Source: Callorhinchus milii (Eukaryota). From it: a DNA stretch of 64,000 nucleotides. The stretch lies in assembly GCF_018977255.1 (NCBI RefSeq), contig NW_024704742.1:10728001-10792000 (forward strand), written 5' to 3'. This document shows positions 38,237 through 50,879 of the stretch, in pieces. The position numbers and the translations under genes were made by a program. Below the pieces are notes generated by a model. That model saw only the letters and a program-made list of their open reading frames with translations. It made no database searches and was not told where the DNA came from. The stretch's first letter is position 1, and each line of letters begins with the position of its first letter.

Positions 38237-39442
38237 CTCACCGTCTTCATTTTGTTTCCACAAACGGCTTTTCCTCCAGCCCCCGCACTGTCTTGTGCGG
38301 CGTCCCTCAGGGCTCTGTCCTAGGTCCCCTCCTCTTCACCCTCTACATGCTCCCCCTTGGTGACATCATCCGCAGACATGGGGTTAACTTCCATATGTAT
38401 GCGGATGACACCCAACTCTACCTTTCCTCCTCGACCCTCAACTCCACGACCACCGATGTCCTGGCAGCTGCCTGTCTGACATCGAGTCCTGGACGAGAGA
38501 CAACTTTCTTCAGCTCAACGTGCGTAAAACTGATTGGCTCACGTCAGCGCCTCCGCACCTCAGGTGCTGAAAGCATCAGCATCCAAGGCTGCACTCTCCA
38601 CCTCTCAAAGCCAGTCAACAACAACAACAACAACAAGATTCCATTTATAAAGCGCCTTTCACGTCAGGAGGACGTCCCAGTCAGGAACCTCGGTGTTCTG
38701 TTTGACCCTGAGCTGTCCTTTCTTCCTCATATCCGCGCCACAACTGGCACCGCCTTCCATCACCTCCGAAACATCGCCAGACTACGGCACTACCTCACCC
38801 CTCACGCTGCTGAAACTCTGGTCCGCGCCTTTATCACCTCAAGGCTGGACTATGGGAACTCTCTCCTCGCCGGCCTTCCCGGCACCTCCCTCCACACTGC
38901 AGGTCATTCAGAACTCTGCAGCTCGTGTACTGTCCCGCACCAGGCTTCGCGACCACATCACTCCCACCCTCGCTCGCCTCCACTGGCTCCCCATCCCCCA
39001 GAGGATCGAATTCAAGATCCTCATCCTCACCTACAAGGCCATTCACGGCCTTGCTCCCTCCTACCTCTCCGACCTACTATCCCCCTACTTACCTGCCCGT
39101 ACCCTTCGTTCCTCTGGCTCCGGTCTGCTTCACATCCCCCGCCCCAACCGCCCTACCATCGGTGGCCGGGCCTTCAGCCTCTCAGCCCCGAGGCTCTGGA
39201 ACTCCATCCCTCAGTGCCTTCGCCGCCTCCTCCCTTTCCTCCTTCAAGGCCGGTCTCAAGACCTTTCTCTTCGACCGTGCTTTCAGCTCCCCTCTCGACT
39301 CTCTACCCCCTCCTCGCTCCCTCCTTTCCCTCCCTTCACCCTGACCATTTCCCCCTGCTCGGGTCCCGACCCAATTGTCCAGCTTCTTGGGACGTCCTCC
39401 CGACGTGAAAGGCGCTCTATAAATGGAATCTTGTGTTGTTGT
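38237..39442 (+). mobile_element. Young 5'-truncated L2 (same family as 20199-23827)
   Basis: [17 protein letters not shown] and C-terminus nearly identical to the long copy; TTG tail. Confidence 0.93.
38618..38676 (-). mobile_element. 59-nt L2 3'-end micro-insertion with 7-bp TSD CCAGTCA
   Basis: TSD at 38611-38617 and 38677-38683; absent from the sister copy at about 21010. Confidence 0.93.
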
Positions 39443-40619
39443 CGTAGCATTCCCGCCCCCCTGACTGCTACAGATTTCTTAAATTATCAGGAACAGAAAT
39501 GACTCGATGAGCTAAGGATTAAAAGTGATGTCTCTGAGGAAATATTATGAAGGAATATAAGATGGTTAATAGGAATGAAAGTGAATCACAGCAATGTGTT
39601 TGGGAACAGCTTATATACAGCAGGATGAGGAAGAACAGGTTCAGCCTTGTGAAGGGCACAGTTAGTAGACATTCATTAAGTACTTCTTTACCCAAATTAA
39701 CTACAGGATTGGGTTACCATATGTTGATTTAGCTCAGTTGATAGCACTCACCATTGAATCAGAAGTTTCTGGATTTGACTGGGCAATGGTACAGGAGTGC
39801 CCCACCTGAAAAAACAAAATTGGGTCTTTCCAATCTGTCATCAGACGTCAAATCAGACTTCAAATTAATGAGCAACAACCTCTCTGTCCTATATATGAGC
39901 CAATTAGATCGTCCAAATCATTTGGAGAAGCCAGATTATAACCTTAGTTTCCTCCAGTTGTTTCCCATCTTGTACTCCTTTATCTCACAAGTAGATCCAC
40001 AAGTTACAGATTAACATAATTTGATTAATGTGTTCTATGCAGTCTTCTGCTGAGATGTCTGAATATATTTTCAGCAAATTATTTCTGAGGTTCTCTTGGC
40101 ATTCTGGACATATCGTTCAATGTATTTGTGTCTGGAGCACTGGGATGCGTGAAGGGCACTATATAAATGCAAGATGTTGTATTTTTATCCATGTCTCTGT
40201 CGGATTGTCAAACACATTTCCTGTTTTCCTGATTAACTGAAATATTGCATAGGATATAGGATAATATCCAGGTTTAAAAAGTAATTTATCACTGCATTCA
40301 ACAACCAAACCATTTATATAATAATAATCCTTGCATTTGATATAGTCCCTTATCACATTGTTGAGACACCTCAAAGTGCTTTCCAAATTAATAATTGCAT
40401 CACAACATTTGATGTGTTCATAGAAATGAATTGTTTAAAACTTTACACTGAATGCTGACATTCAATAAAAAAATTGAAGTAATAATTAGCTCTAGCTTTA
40501 TTCATGTTTTTTCTGGTATGCAAGTTGAATTGAATACATTTTACGAATGTTATATTTTAGGCTTTTTGTAACTGCAAAAATATCTTTGATTCCTAAGTGT
40601 ATCATTGTTAGTCTGGTAC

Positions 40620-41035
40620 ATTTGATCGCCCTCTTGCCTCTGAGTCAGAAGGTTGTGGGTTCAAGCCTCACATCGGGAATTGGCATTGATATCGTCTAAG
40701 CTCCAATGCAGTGCTAAGGTGTGTTACAATGTTGGAGGTACTGTCCTTCAGATGAGATGTTAAACTTGTTCAAGTAGATGTTGATGATCCCATGGTATTA
40801 TTCAAAAAGAGAAGGATATTTCTCCCAGTGTCCTGACCAACAACCTCCCACATAAAATTGGTCATTCACTTCATGGCTGTTCATGTGGGGCAATGCTGTG
40901 TGCAACTTCGCGGCGACGTTTGTCCTCAAAACATACAATCACTCCATGTTACAGGATATACATTCTGTGATGTCCTTTGGGGCATCCTCCTGATGTGAAA
41001 GGCATGATACCAAATGCAAGAATTATCATTATTTA
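40620..41035 (+). mobile_element. Near full-length SacSINE1/Deu-like SINE
   Basis: CTCTTGCCTCTGAGTCAGAAGGTTGTGGGTTCAAG head, GATGAGATGTTAAAC, GATCCCATGG, shared 3' body and tail. Confidence 0.85.
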
Positions 41036-41885
41036 TTATGGAATTAATACTCTGAGTGCTAATTTCCCCTCATTTAGCTTTCCAAAGTCACAGATTGTTT
41101 CAGACAGCTGCTAAAATGACCATAACAGTAAACAGGTAATACAGCATGCTTCAAATTATGGCTGCCACAGAAATATGACATCCAATGCACTATTGGGTCC
41201 ATTTTGGAAAGTACAGTGCAAGAATGCACTATGATACAACAATTGAGATTGTATCCCTTGTTGACTTTACTCTCAGTATATCAACAACAACAACAACAAG
41301 ATTACATTTGTATAGCACCTTTCACGTCAGGAGGACGTTCCAAGGCGTCCAACCAATGTAAAAAATGCTGCATCAAATGTAAGGATTATTATAAGTAATA
41401 ACTAAAACAAATCTTATTTTACAGCGCAACATACTGAACACCAAAAAACGCCAATATGTGAGACAATTTCCAGAAGAAACCCTGTTGTCAAAGCCTTACT
41501 GGTGGTAAGTCTGATCTTTATTAAGTATCAGTATCTTCAGCCTCACTGAAGAACAGAACATACTTATGTGGGATCATATTGGAATTTCCAGAATATTTGG
41601 TGAAGATCAAATTTTATTTTACAAAAATGGCTTGTGTCACTGCTTTTTGATGGGTGCCAACATATGCTATCTGCTGCCTGCGTTTTTATGTTTAGAATTA
41701 AATCTACTTGCACTTGTAGACCATTTCCTTTTACTGTCTTCAGATCGGGTATAATTCCAAGGTGAAAAGATGCATTGCAGTGAGGTTTTTCATTGATCCT
41801 TTCAATCTATTTATTTGCAGAGTGTTTATGAGGAAAGATTTAAAGTAAACCAAAAAGCAACACAAACCAGTGGCAAAATCACTGA

Positions 41886-42115
41886 GGGTAAAATTCCACT
41901 GGGTTTACATTTAGTTGAAAAGCATAGCATTTCAGAGTGAGTAGAATTTAGCAGTGTTGAATTCAGTCTTGACATTAAGGTCCATCTTCTATAGTTCTTA
42001 GAAAAACTAACCAAAAAAAAAGCCTGGCTTCCAAGTTAAAGACTCTGTTAAATTCTGCATGCTCTGAAATATTACGGTAATAGAATAAATCCAAACCAAG
42101 GTAGAAATTCTACCC
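41886..42115. mobile_element. Palindromic MITE-like element, same family as 28633
   Basis: Termini GGGTAAAATTCCAC / GTAGAAATTCTACCC; internal ATTTCAGAG/CTCTGAAAT and AGAATTTAGCAG/CTGTTAAATTCT. Confidence 0.7.
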
Positions 42116-44087
42116 ACAAAAGTATAAACCAAACGTACATTGAGCTGAGTGTATGCAACTTGTATACCTCCATCTACGTCCTCACATGTCATTATTTGTG
42201 TTGCTTGCTGACAGTGTTCATATCCCCTGTAGTTTAACCAGTTAAATGCAAATGTTGACAGCTCCATCTGAATGGATATGACAGCAAACCAAATTGAAGT
42301 GCAAGTTACTGCTGAAAGACATTGTACTCATTTTTGTGAAGGCTCAGAGTGTGACTTAAAAAAAACAGCATTATTTTGAATGATTGTCACATCCTACTTA
42401 CTACCCCTTTTAATCCATCAAATTGAAGGCGACATTAAAATAGAAAATAACTTGTTTTTTTATAGAGCCTTTATCTTGTCAAAATATTTCAAAGCACTCA
42501 ACATGAATTTTAAGTGTAGTGACTGTTTTTGTCCCATATTCATTTATGAAGCGAATGAGCAATTTAATCTGGAATCTGTTAGTCTGGATCCTGGGAGAAA
42601 TGCCTTTTTCCTTCTTGAATAGTGTAATGTTGTCTTTAATGTAAACATGACAACATGAAATTGGCTTAGCTCTTAACTAAGAGCAGCACCACACACATTG
42701 CTGTGCTCCCTCACTAGAGTACTACACAGGTGTATCAACATGTAATAAAGGAAAACTACAGAGGAGAATGGACACCTACATTCTGTCAATATGGCTAGTG
42801 GATCTTCTAGATTTGATTTGTAGGGAGAAAGCCATAAATAATGCAGTGCATCTTGTCTAAATAATACTCTGTTGTTGCCTTCCTTCAGATTCTCCTGATG
42901 TTCTGCTAAGCGACAACTTTAGATTGTGTTGCTTATGGGCAGGGCACCCAAATGACAAATATTTTACATGGTCCTGTGTTAGCCATAGCGCATTAATAAT
43001 AATAATCCTTGCATTTGATATAGAGCCATGTCATATCGTTGAGACGCCTCAAAGCTCTTCACATATTATATACTGTAAAGTGAATTGACTGTATATTTTG
43101 TGGGCGAAATGCGGCAGCCAATTGCATACAACAGTGCCCACAAACAGTTATGGACTGAGTGACCAAATTGTAATGTGTTTTTTGGAGGCATTATCACCCC
43201 TGGAAAGCGATGTATTATACGTATTCATCACCATGTCCAATAAAGCACAACTTACCTCTTTAAAATTCAAAACTTCAATGAAATATGTATTTTAAGGGGC
43301 TTTGAGCACCAGTTTCTAGGCTAGATTATGGAAATTTCCAGCAGCTGAAAGAAAATGTATATTTTATGAATGTCTAATGCAAAAGAACTACTAACTGGCT
43401 GAAAGAGAAACCGGGTCAAATTTACCCATCAGAAAATCCAGAAAGATGAAAGAGTGGGGTGAATGGAAAACAAATGATTAAAGGGAATTATTGGACTGGA
43501 GGACAATTAACCATGGTTTTAAGATGAATAGTCAATAAACTACATAAGAGTATAAATTGATTTCTAAAGTCTAACCACATAGCACAGTACATGTTGCGTA
43601 AGGACCATCTCAACCCACCTCAAAATAATAATCTTTGTATTTGATATAGTGCCTTATCACATCGTTGAAATGTCTCAAAGCGCTTCAAGAATATACTGTA
43701 AAGAGAATTTACTGTATATTTTGTGGACGAAATGCAGCAGCCAATTGCACACAGCAGTGTCCCACAAACTGTCTTGGGCTTTGTTTTGCAGCAATTTTTG
43801 CATGCACATCTGAAGATATTTCATCTTCTCCTTGGAATTACTTCAACACCAGATCGTTTCTGTGCATCCATCTCTCACTGAGGATAACATTAAGATGCAA
43901 TTCTCATTTTATTGGTCTCAAAAGAGTACAAGGTAAAGTAGACTGAGGTTTGAATTCAGAACCCTTTTGTCTCAAACCTGTTGCTTAAACAACTGAGTGA
44001 CCATTCTTTTTATTGTCCCTCCTCTCAAACAAGAAACATTAGCCCTCTCAAGAGGGCATCCAATCTATATGTTGCTTCAGGTAGTTT

Positions 44088-44362
44088 TCTTCTGTTTACC
44101 TAGCAGTAAGTAGTAGTAAATCGGTTGTTAGTCGATTGACGGATCGCTTTTCAGGGGGTAATAATCCCTTAAAAAAAATCATTTGGTCACTCAATCCACG
44201 ACTGTTTGTGGGACACTGCTGTGCGTAATTGACTGCTGCATTTCGCCCACAAAATTCACAATCACTACACTTTACAGTATATTCTGCGAAAGGCTTTGAT
44301 ACGTCTTGAGGACGTGATAAGGCACTATATCAAATGCAACGATAATTATTATTGTTATTATT
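44088..44362 (+). mobile_element. tRNA-Ala SINE long variant, 5'-truncated
   Basis: Begins in the CTGTTTACCTAGCAGTAAGTAG module. Confidence 0.85.
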
Positions 44363-45894
44363 ATCTGTTATCAATTCACTGTCAAACCTGCCCTGTATGA
44401 TCATTCTTGAAAGTATGAGAGTCAACTGGCCTTCCATTCCCCACCTCCTCTACCTGTGCAAAGGCCACCATGTGAAGAAATGATTCCAGCAATCCTTGAT
44501 GGAGCCAGTTGGACATTGCAGCTCTCATTGTCACTGACATTGCCAATTGGCCACTCCATTAAAAATCCATTGTTTTTGTCTTGTCCATCAGCTTGCCTAA
44601 TGAAAACATGCTTCAATTCATTTGGGATGTGCAATCCTGTATTTCTTTCAAAATAATCCATAAACTCCAGGCAGCAATGCTCTATGTGTTTTTTTCCTGA
44701 TGGCTTTATTGCTTTTTTCCCCCCTAATACATATGCAGGAATGGCTTGGTGCATTTATTCTATGTTGAGAGTTATCTGAAAAATATGCAGAATCTGAAAT
44801 TGTTATGCATTGAATTGTAAATGCCATTGTTTCTGTTTGTAGTTATTTTATATGAATGTAAATTCACTATCAGTGTTCTTGAACATGTTTAATCTAAGGC
44901 TTCCATGAATGATTTATATAAAAGAAGTCCTGTACTTTGAGTGGGCTTTGCTTTCATTATTGTTTACAGTCTGGTTCCCTGTCAAGTCGAGATACTGTGC
45001 CTTGAAGCATGAAGTGCCAAATTACAGGGCAAAATTCCAAGAAAAGTGCATTATATTGCAAATTAATACAACTTTGGCTTTTTTTATTTGCAATGCAGTC
45101 TGCAATTGTCTTTTCCAACTGGATTGGGTTTTCCGTCACTGATTTTCACATGGTAGCACTGTTTAGAAGCTGAGCAGATGACTAGAAGTGAGTTGGGAAC
45201 CTTGAAGGGATAGCTCACTGAATCCAGATGTCTGATATAATTATGGGACTGATAGGAAATAACTAACAAATAGCAAAGTCAAGTTCGGAGGTACTCTGGA
45301 CCATTGACTTTGAAGCTTTCATCACATGCAGTCTGATCTGTAACTCTGAGAAGTAATTGTTGACTTTCATATCATTATAAAGCACTTTTTAACAGGAGCA
45401 GGGAAATGCACTACGATTTCATAAAATGCCCTCTTACAGGCATCAAGTCTTAATATTAAATCTCCAGGGCCCTGGGATTTCTTTCAGACATGAAGGGTGC
45501 TATATAAGTATAATTTGTTGTTGTTGCTTTTGTTCCAAAGGTTCATAAAATCGATTCTAGTTGCCAATGCAAACCTGTACAATTTGTTAAGTCAGGTTGG
45601 AGCCAGTATACACACAGTCTTTACTTCAACCATTGTTCTCTTGCCCAAGTTAAGTCTGAGGTATCTCATTGGGATAGTTGAACCTTACCCATTTCTGATT
45701 TGGTCAAATGAGTCTGATAAGTAGATTTGTTGTGTCCCACTGTGATAAGTCATGTGCTATGAAAGCAAGTTATTGCTTCTTCCCTGTTTACATTTAGAAA
45801 GTTCTGGCTGGCTGAGTGATACATTTAACTGGGTATTCAGAACAACTGGTTTGCTTGTGTAAACAGATAAATAACATTCAACGTGTCATTGATT

Positions 45895-46660
45895 ATCATA
45901 GAATCATACAGCACAGAAAGAGGCCATTCGGCCCATCGGGTCTGTGCCAGCTCCTAAAAGAGCAATCCAACTCAGTCCCACTAGCCCGCTTTCTCTCCAT
46001 AGCCCTGCAATGCTGTCCTCCCCAAATACCCATATACTTCTCTCTTACAAGTTGTTTTTCAGGTAATGCATTCCAGATCTGAACAACCCACTACATGAAA
46101 ACATTTTTCCGATCCTCCCCTCTGTTTCTTTTAACAACTAACTTAAATCGATGTCCTCGTGTTACTGACCCACATGCCAGTGGAAACAGCTTTTCCCGGT
46201 TCAACCTATCAAATCCTTTCATGATCTTGAAAATCTCTATTAAATCCCCTCTTAATCTTCTCTGCTGTAGGGAGAATAATCCTAGTTTCGCTAACCTCTC
46301 CTCATAACTAAAGTCCTTCATTCCTGGTACCATCCTGGTAAACCTCCTTTGCACCCTCTCCAATGCCCTAAAATCTTTCCTAAAGTGCGGTGCCCAGAAC
46401 TGAATGCAATGCTCCAACTGAGGCCTAACCAGCATTTTATAAATATTCAACATAACCTCCTGACTTGTATTCTATGCCCCTATTTATAAAATCTAGTATC
46501 CCGTATGCTTTTTTAACAGCTTTATCTACCTGTCCTGCCATCTTCAGAGATTTGCTTATGTGGACCCCCAGGTCTCTCTGTTCATTTGCCCCCTTTAAGA
46601 TTGTACCATCAGCTTATACTGCCTCTCCTCATTCTTCCTACCAAAATGCATTTCTCCACA
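45895..46660 (-). mobile_element. CR1 LINE 3' portion
   Basis: LVRPQLEHCIQFWAPHFRKD..ALERVQRRFTRMVPGM..SYEERL..LGLFSL..RRLRGDLIE; ATCATAGAATCATA tail. Confidence 0.93.
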
Positions 46661-48669
46661 TTAAATCTCATTTCATTAAGACAAGATCATACACTTTGAT
46701 GATTCAATAAAAGGAGCTAAGTACATTATGAAATTTAATGCAAATCCCTGATATAACAAATTTTCTATCAATTCACATAGGCACTTAATTCATCTTTAGA
46801 ACATAGGTTCAGCTAATTTCCAATAATATATTTAGTGTCCCTTAATTTATTTTAAATATGTCCATGGGGTGGATGAAGAAATGATTCTTTCTGCAAAAAG
46901 ACGCAAGTTGTTATGTTGAAAGTGTGAAATTAAAAGCCAGGTGTAGTGAATGTTTTGACATTCAGCGGGTAGAAAGCTGATTTGATTTCCAGATTACAGA
47001 AGGAGATGCAGTTTTCTTGTATCTGTTTTTATTGTACTTCTTTGGCATGCATTTATCGAGCTGAATCAATTATCTTGTTTGCTTTTTGCTTTATTTCAGA
47101 CCATATCTTTCACAAATCAAATCTTGCCCACTGCATCTATCAAATCTGTTGAGTCTTGTCACAAGATTCCTTGTTGCTTGCTTTGTAGAAGATGAAAAGC
47201 ATTGATCCAGAGTGTTCAGAAACTCTTGGCAGAATATTTTTTCATTTCTGAATCTGAATTTTAAAGTTCAGTTAAAAACTACTTGGCACAACTGGGGGCA
47301 AACAGAATTTTGCTCAACTTCTTGAAGCTGACAGCATAAAACATACTGTGCAAACATATTGCACTATACTTAAACAGTGTCATGTCTGAATTACTGCCCA
47401 TCAATTTGATGTCCCTTTTCCTTGTATAAATGGTACTTTCATAAACTATTTTATTCAACAATGGCAGTACATGGAAGGCACACTTGGTGTTATTGTGTGT
47501 GCCCCATCCTCCGCATTGTATGGTCACCCAGACAATGGGAATATTCATTTAAAGTCAACATGTGCTACAGCACCAATTCATTTCCAATGGGCATTCTTTT
47601 AATCTTCACTTATCAGGACCAATAGATAAAGGGGAAGTATTTGTCTAGCTCAGTTGTGTTCCTGTTCAAGAGGTTTCTGCAGTACATGGAACTGACTCGA
47701 GATTGACAAGTAGAAGGGAGGCTAAAGCATTAAAATGGAAGGCTAACAGATTCTGGGAACTGCAGGATGAATAAGCCTGTCATTCATATGTGACAGCGCT
47801 GTTGCTAAGCTGGCAAGGTCAGACTGTGTTTGAGTCTGAGAAATAAATGAATATGAATTTGATCTCTTCTGGCAGAGTCACAATAACTGTAATCAGCCAT
47901 GCATTGTGGGGATGCTACATTTCACAGTACAATAAAATGGTAATGCTAAAATACATTGAAAACATGCTCTTGCATTCACTCCGAGATAAATCCTTGGCAC
48001 ACACGAGTAGAAAACGACTGTGGGTTAACTTTCTGTGTCATGGGTTTTGTGCTTACAGGGTGTGAGTTGACAGCGAAGGAAATTAAAAGGCTTTCAGGTT
48101 TGAGAAGGAATGGATGACCTGAGCAGCCTGGTGTGACAGAACACCATTCTTCACCCAATGCCCTGGATTTCAATCCAACACTGCGTGAAAAACCGAGGCT
48201 CTTTTCCTTCTAGTGTTGAAAGTTTGAAATGAGTTTCAGTCCAGTTTGCAATAAGGTGAGCATTGACGTTTGGGAGAACAGTTTCAAGAGCAATGCAAAA
48301 GGAATCTTGGGACAGCTGTGTACTTTAAACACCCTCATACTGGCCATGCTTGACTTTGGAGCACCTTTTGAAAGATCTTTTGAATAATCCAATTATCCAG
48401 CATATTAATACAGTCCAGACAATCCAACAAATTTTAACTTACAGATAGCGGGACATTTTGTACAGAAAATTACCATTCTCGAAGATGGTTTAGGAATGGT
48501 GGAGGCTATATGTTGATTACAAACACAAGCACGTTATGCAAAGCACTTTGAGATGTTCTTCTGACGTGAAAAACGCTAACAATGTAAATTGCTGGTGGTA
48601 TATTTTTGTTCAGTGTTTTTTGTGCCATCTCCTGGGTCAATCATTGAATGGACAGTGGTGGGAAAAACA

Positions 48670-48708
48670 GAGTGCTGATGAAAGGTCATCGACCTGAAAC
48701 GTTAACTC
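48670..48708 (+). ncRNA. Minimal type I hammerhead ribozyme motif, probably in a Penelope-type repeat remnant (about 48665-48808)
   Basis: GAGT-G-CTGATGA-A-AGGTC-ATC-GACCT-GAAAC-GTT-A-ACTC: core boxes, 5-bp stem II, palindromic ACGT stem III, stem I with one mismatch. Confidence 0.65.
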
Positions 48709-49039
48709 ACTTTCCTCTCTCCATAGATGCTGCCTGACCTGCTGAGTGTTCCCAGTGACTTCTGTTTTTATTTCAGATTTCCAGCATTTGAATACTGTGC
48801 CTTTTGGTGCAAAAATCTAAATGTTTATGTTTTCCATTTAAACCTTACATGAATCATAATTTGGCGATAATTACATTTTTGTTTCAAGATGCATTCACAT
48901 TTTCAAAAGTATAATTGTACTAACAAAAGTAAAGTATACTTGACCAATATTAAAAATAAATGAGTGTGAATGGGGTCCTCGGTATCTTACCAGTTCATGT
49001 TGTGTGTCAGCCTGGCTTCAGACTGTACCTAACCTGTAC

Positions 49040-49468
49040 AACCTGGTTCAGTTGGTAGCACACTCACCTCTGAGTTAGAAGGATGTAGATTCATCCCCGT
49101 TTTGCGACTTGGAACTCATGTAGACTAAATTGATGCTCCAGTGCAGTGCTGAGGATGTGTTGTACTGTCAATGTGCCATCCTTTGGATGTGACTTCAACT
49201 GATGTCCTGTTTGCCTTTTTAGGTGGACATTAAAGATCCCATAGAAAAGAGAAAGGGAGTTTCCCTCAGTGTCGTGGCCAACAATCCCCCAAATGAAATT
49301 GGTCACTCACTCCATGGTGTTTGCGGGACATTGCTGTGTGCGTTTTGGCTGCTCTGTTCATCCACAAAATACACACAGTCACCACCACTTTACAGTATAT
49401 CCTGTGAAGCCCTTTAGACATCTCGATGATGTGATAGGACACTACATCAAATGCAATTATTATTATTA
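49040..49468 (+). mobile_element. SacSINE1/Deu-like SINE
   Basis: GGTTCAGTTGGTAGCACACTCACCTCTGAGTTAGAAGG head through the tail. Confidence 0.85.
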
Positions 49469-50879
49469 CATTCTAGGAGAATGAGTGAATGTAGTGCACA
49501 ATAGATTATGCAGGTTATTGTTTAATGGTGGCCGCAGTTTCCAAAACAATATAATGGCTGTTTCTCTAGCTGTTACTGAGAGCATATTGATTGTGCAGCT
49601 TGCAACCCAATCCGGGAATTAATAGTAGATGATACATTTATAACTTGTTGAGTTGCAGTAGTCAGAACTTACAGCAAGTATATGAATATGGAGGGTCCAA
49701 AGTCATCAAATACCGTGCTGCACAATCTGTTCTAAATTAAATATTCCTGCTGATATCAAACAAAATTGACTGTTAACTTAGTAGTCCATATAGAATGAAC
49801 GAGCTGCAATGAATCCCTATTGATCACAAGCATCAGATCAATGGTAATTAAAGGAAAGATCAACTTAATTTAGTAATTTCTTGCTCACAATCTTAAGTCT
49901 GTAAGACCACATTTTATTTACTCTTTTCTTGAATGTTCAAATGACCGTGTCTGTTCGGCAATTTATTTTGCAAATTTACAGTTACAAACTGGACACGTGC
50001 ACCAGAATTGCAGTGGAAACATAATTGGTCACTAAATAAACCCCACAATCAATCCAGTTGTTCGTTCCATTTCTAAAAGGGTGGCCAATAAAACCATTTC
50101 CACATAGATCCTCTAGAGTAAGCAAATTGAATATAATTATCATTGTTGGTTGCCATGGGGAGTTCAACTAATTTACTCATGCAATGTAAAACATATTCAT
50201 TATTCCTTTGATCTGATCATTAGTGAACATAGACATGATTGTGGATTCATTGGAGCCCTTTATCAATATACCATGATTATATTGGCAGAGAAGCAATGGT
50301 TTCACTTCAAAATCCTGTTGCGTTTTTGTGCTCTTTGATGATGATGGGTGACATTGCTCGGAATGGAATATTTTTCTGTTTTGGGTTGGGTGAATGAGTT
50401 GCTCCTATTTAGTTATGATCCAGAAATGGTAGAAAAACTACCAACTAAATAACACTATTGTGAGTGTATATAATGTATACATTTCAAAATAGCTGTGCAG
50501 GACTCATAACTCCTTTCATCTTTATACTCTAGAGGTGGAAGTGGCTGCACTATCTAGAGAATCTGTGTGCAATAGGAACTTGCAATTCCTTCAAATTGTT
50601 GAAAGCACAATATTCCGGCTGAACAGCAAATATTCAGAATGAACTGAGGATACATAGGCCTGGGGAAGCTATCTCTGTCAAATGTTTCCTTTCAGCATCA
50701 TGTTAGCAAGTGGGGTAATCTCTCCTCAAAGCCAGAAAACACAATCCAAAACTGCACTCTGTCTGGTTTTGTGCAATGTTCAGATAATGTCAGACAAGCT
50801 TAATCAATACTCAAGAAACATAGCAACTGTTCTCAAATGTCGATTAACCTTTCTGTTAAAATATCAGCATAAAGATAAT

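Noticed and set aside
38059..39408. 449-aa ORF as a functional gene
   Set aside because: Non-ATG start in flanking DNA, truncated L2 RT, and the C-terminal part is out of frame
44422..44754. 110-aa ORF (likewise 11361-11663 and other short ORFs)
   Set aside because: No recognisable domain or exon structure; lengths compatible with chance
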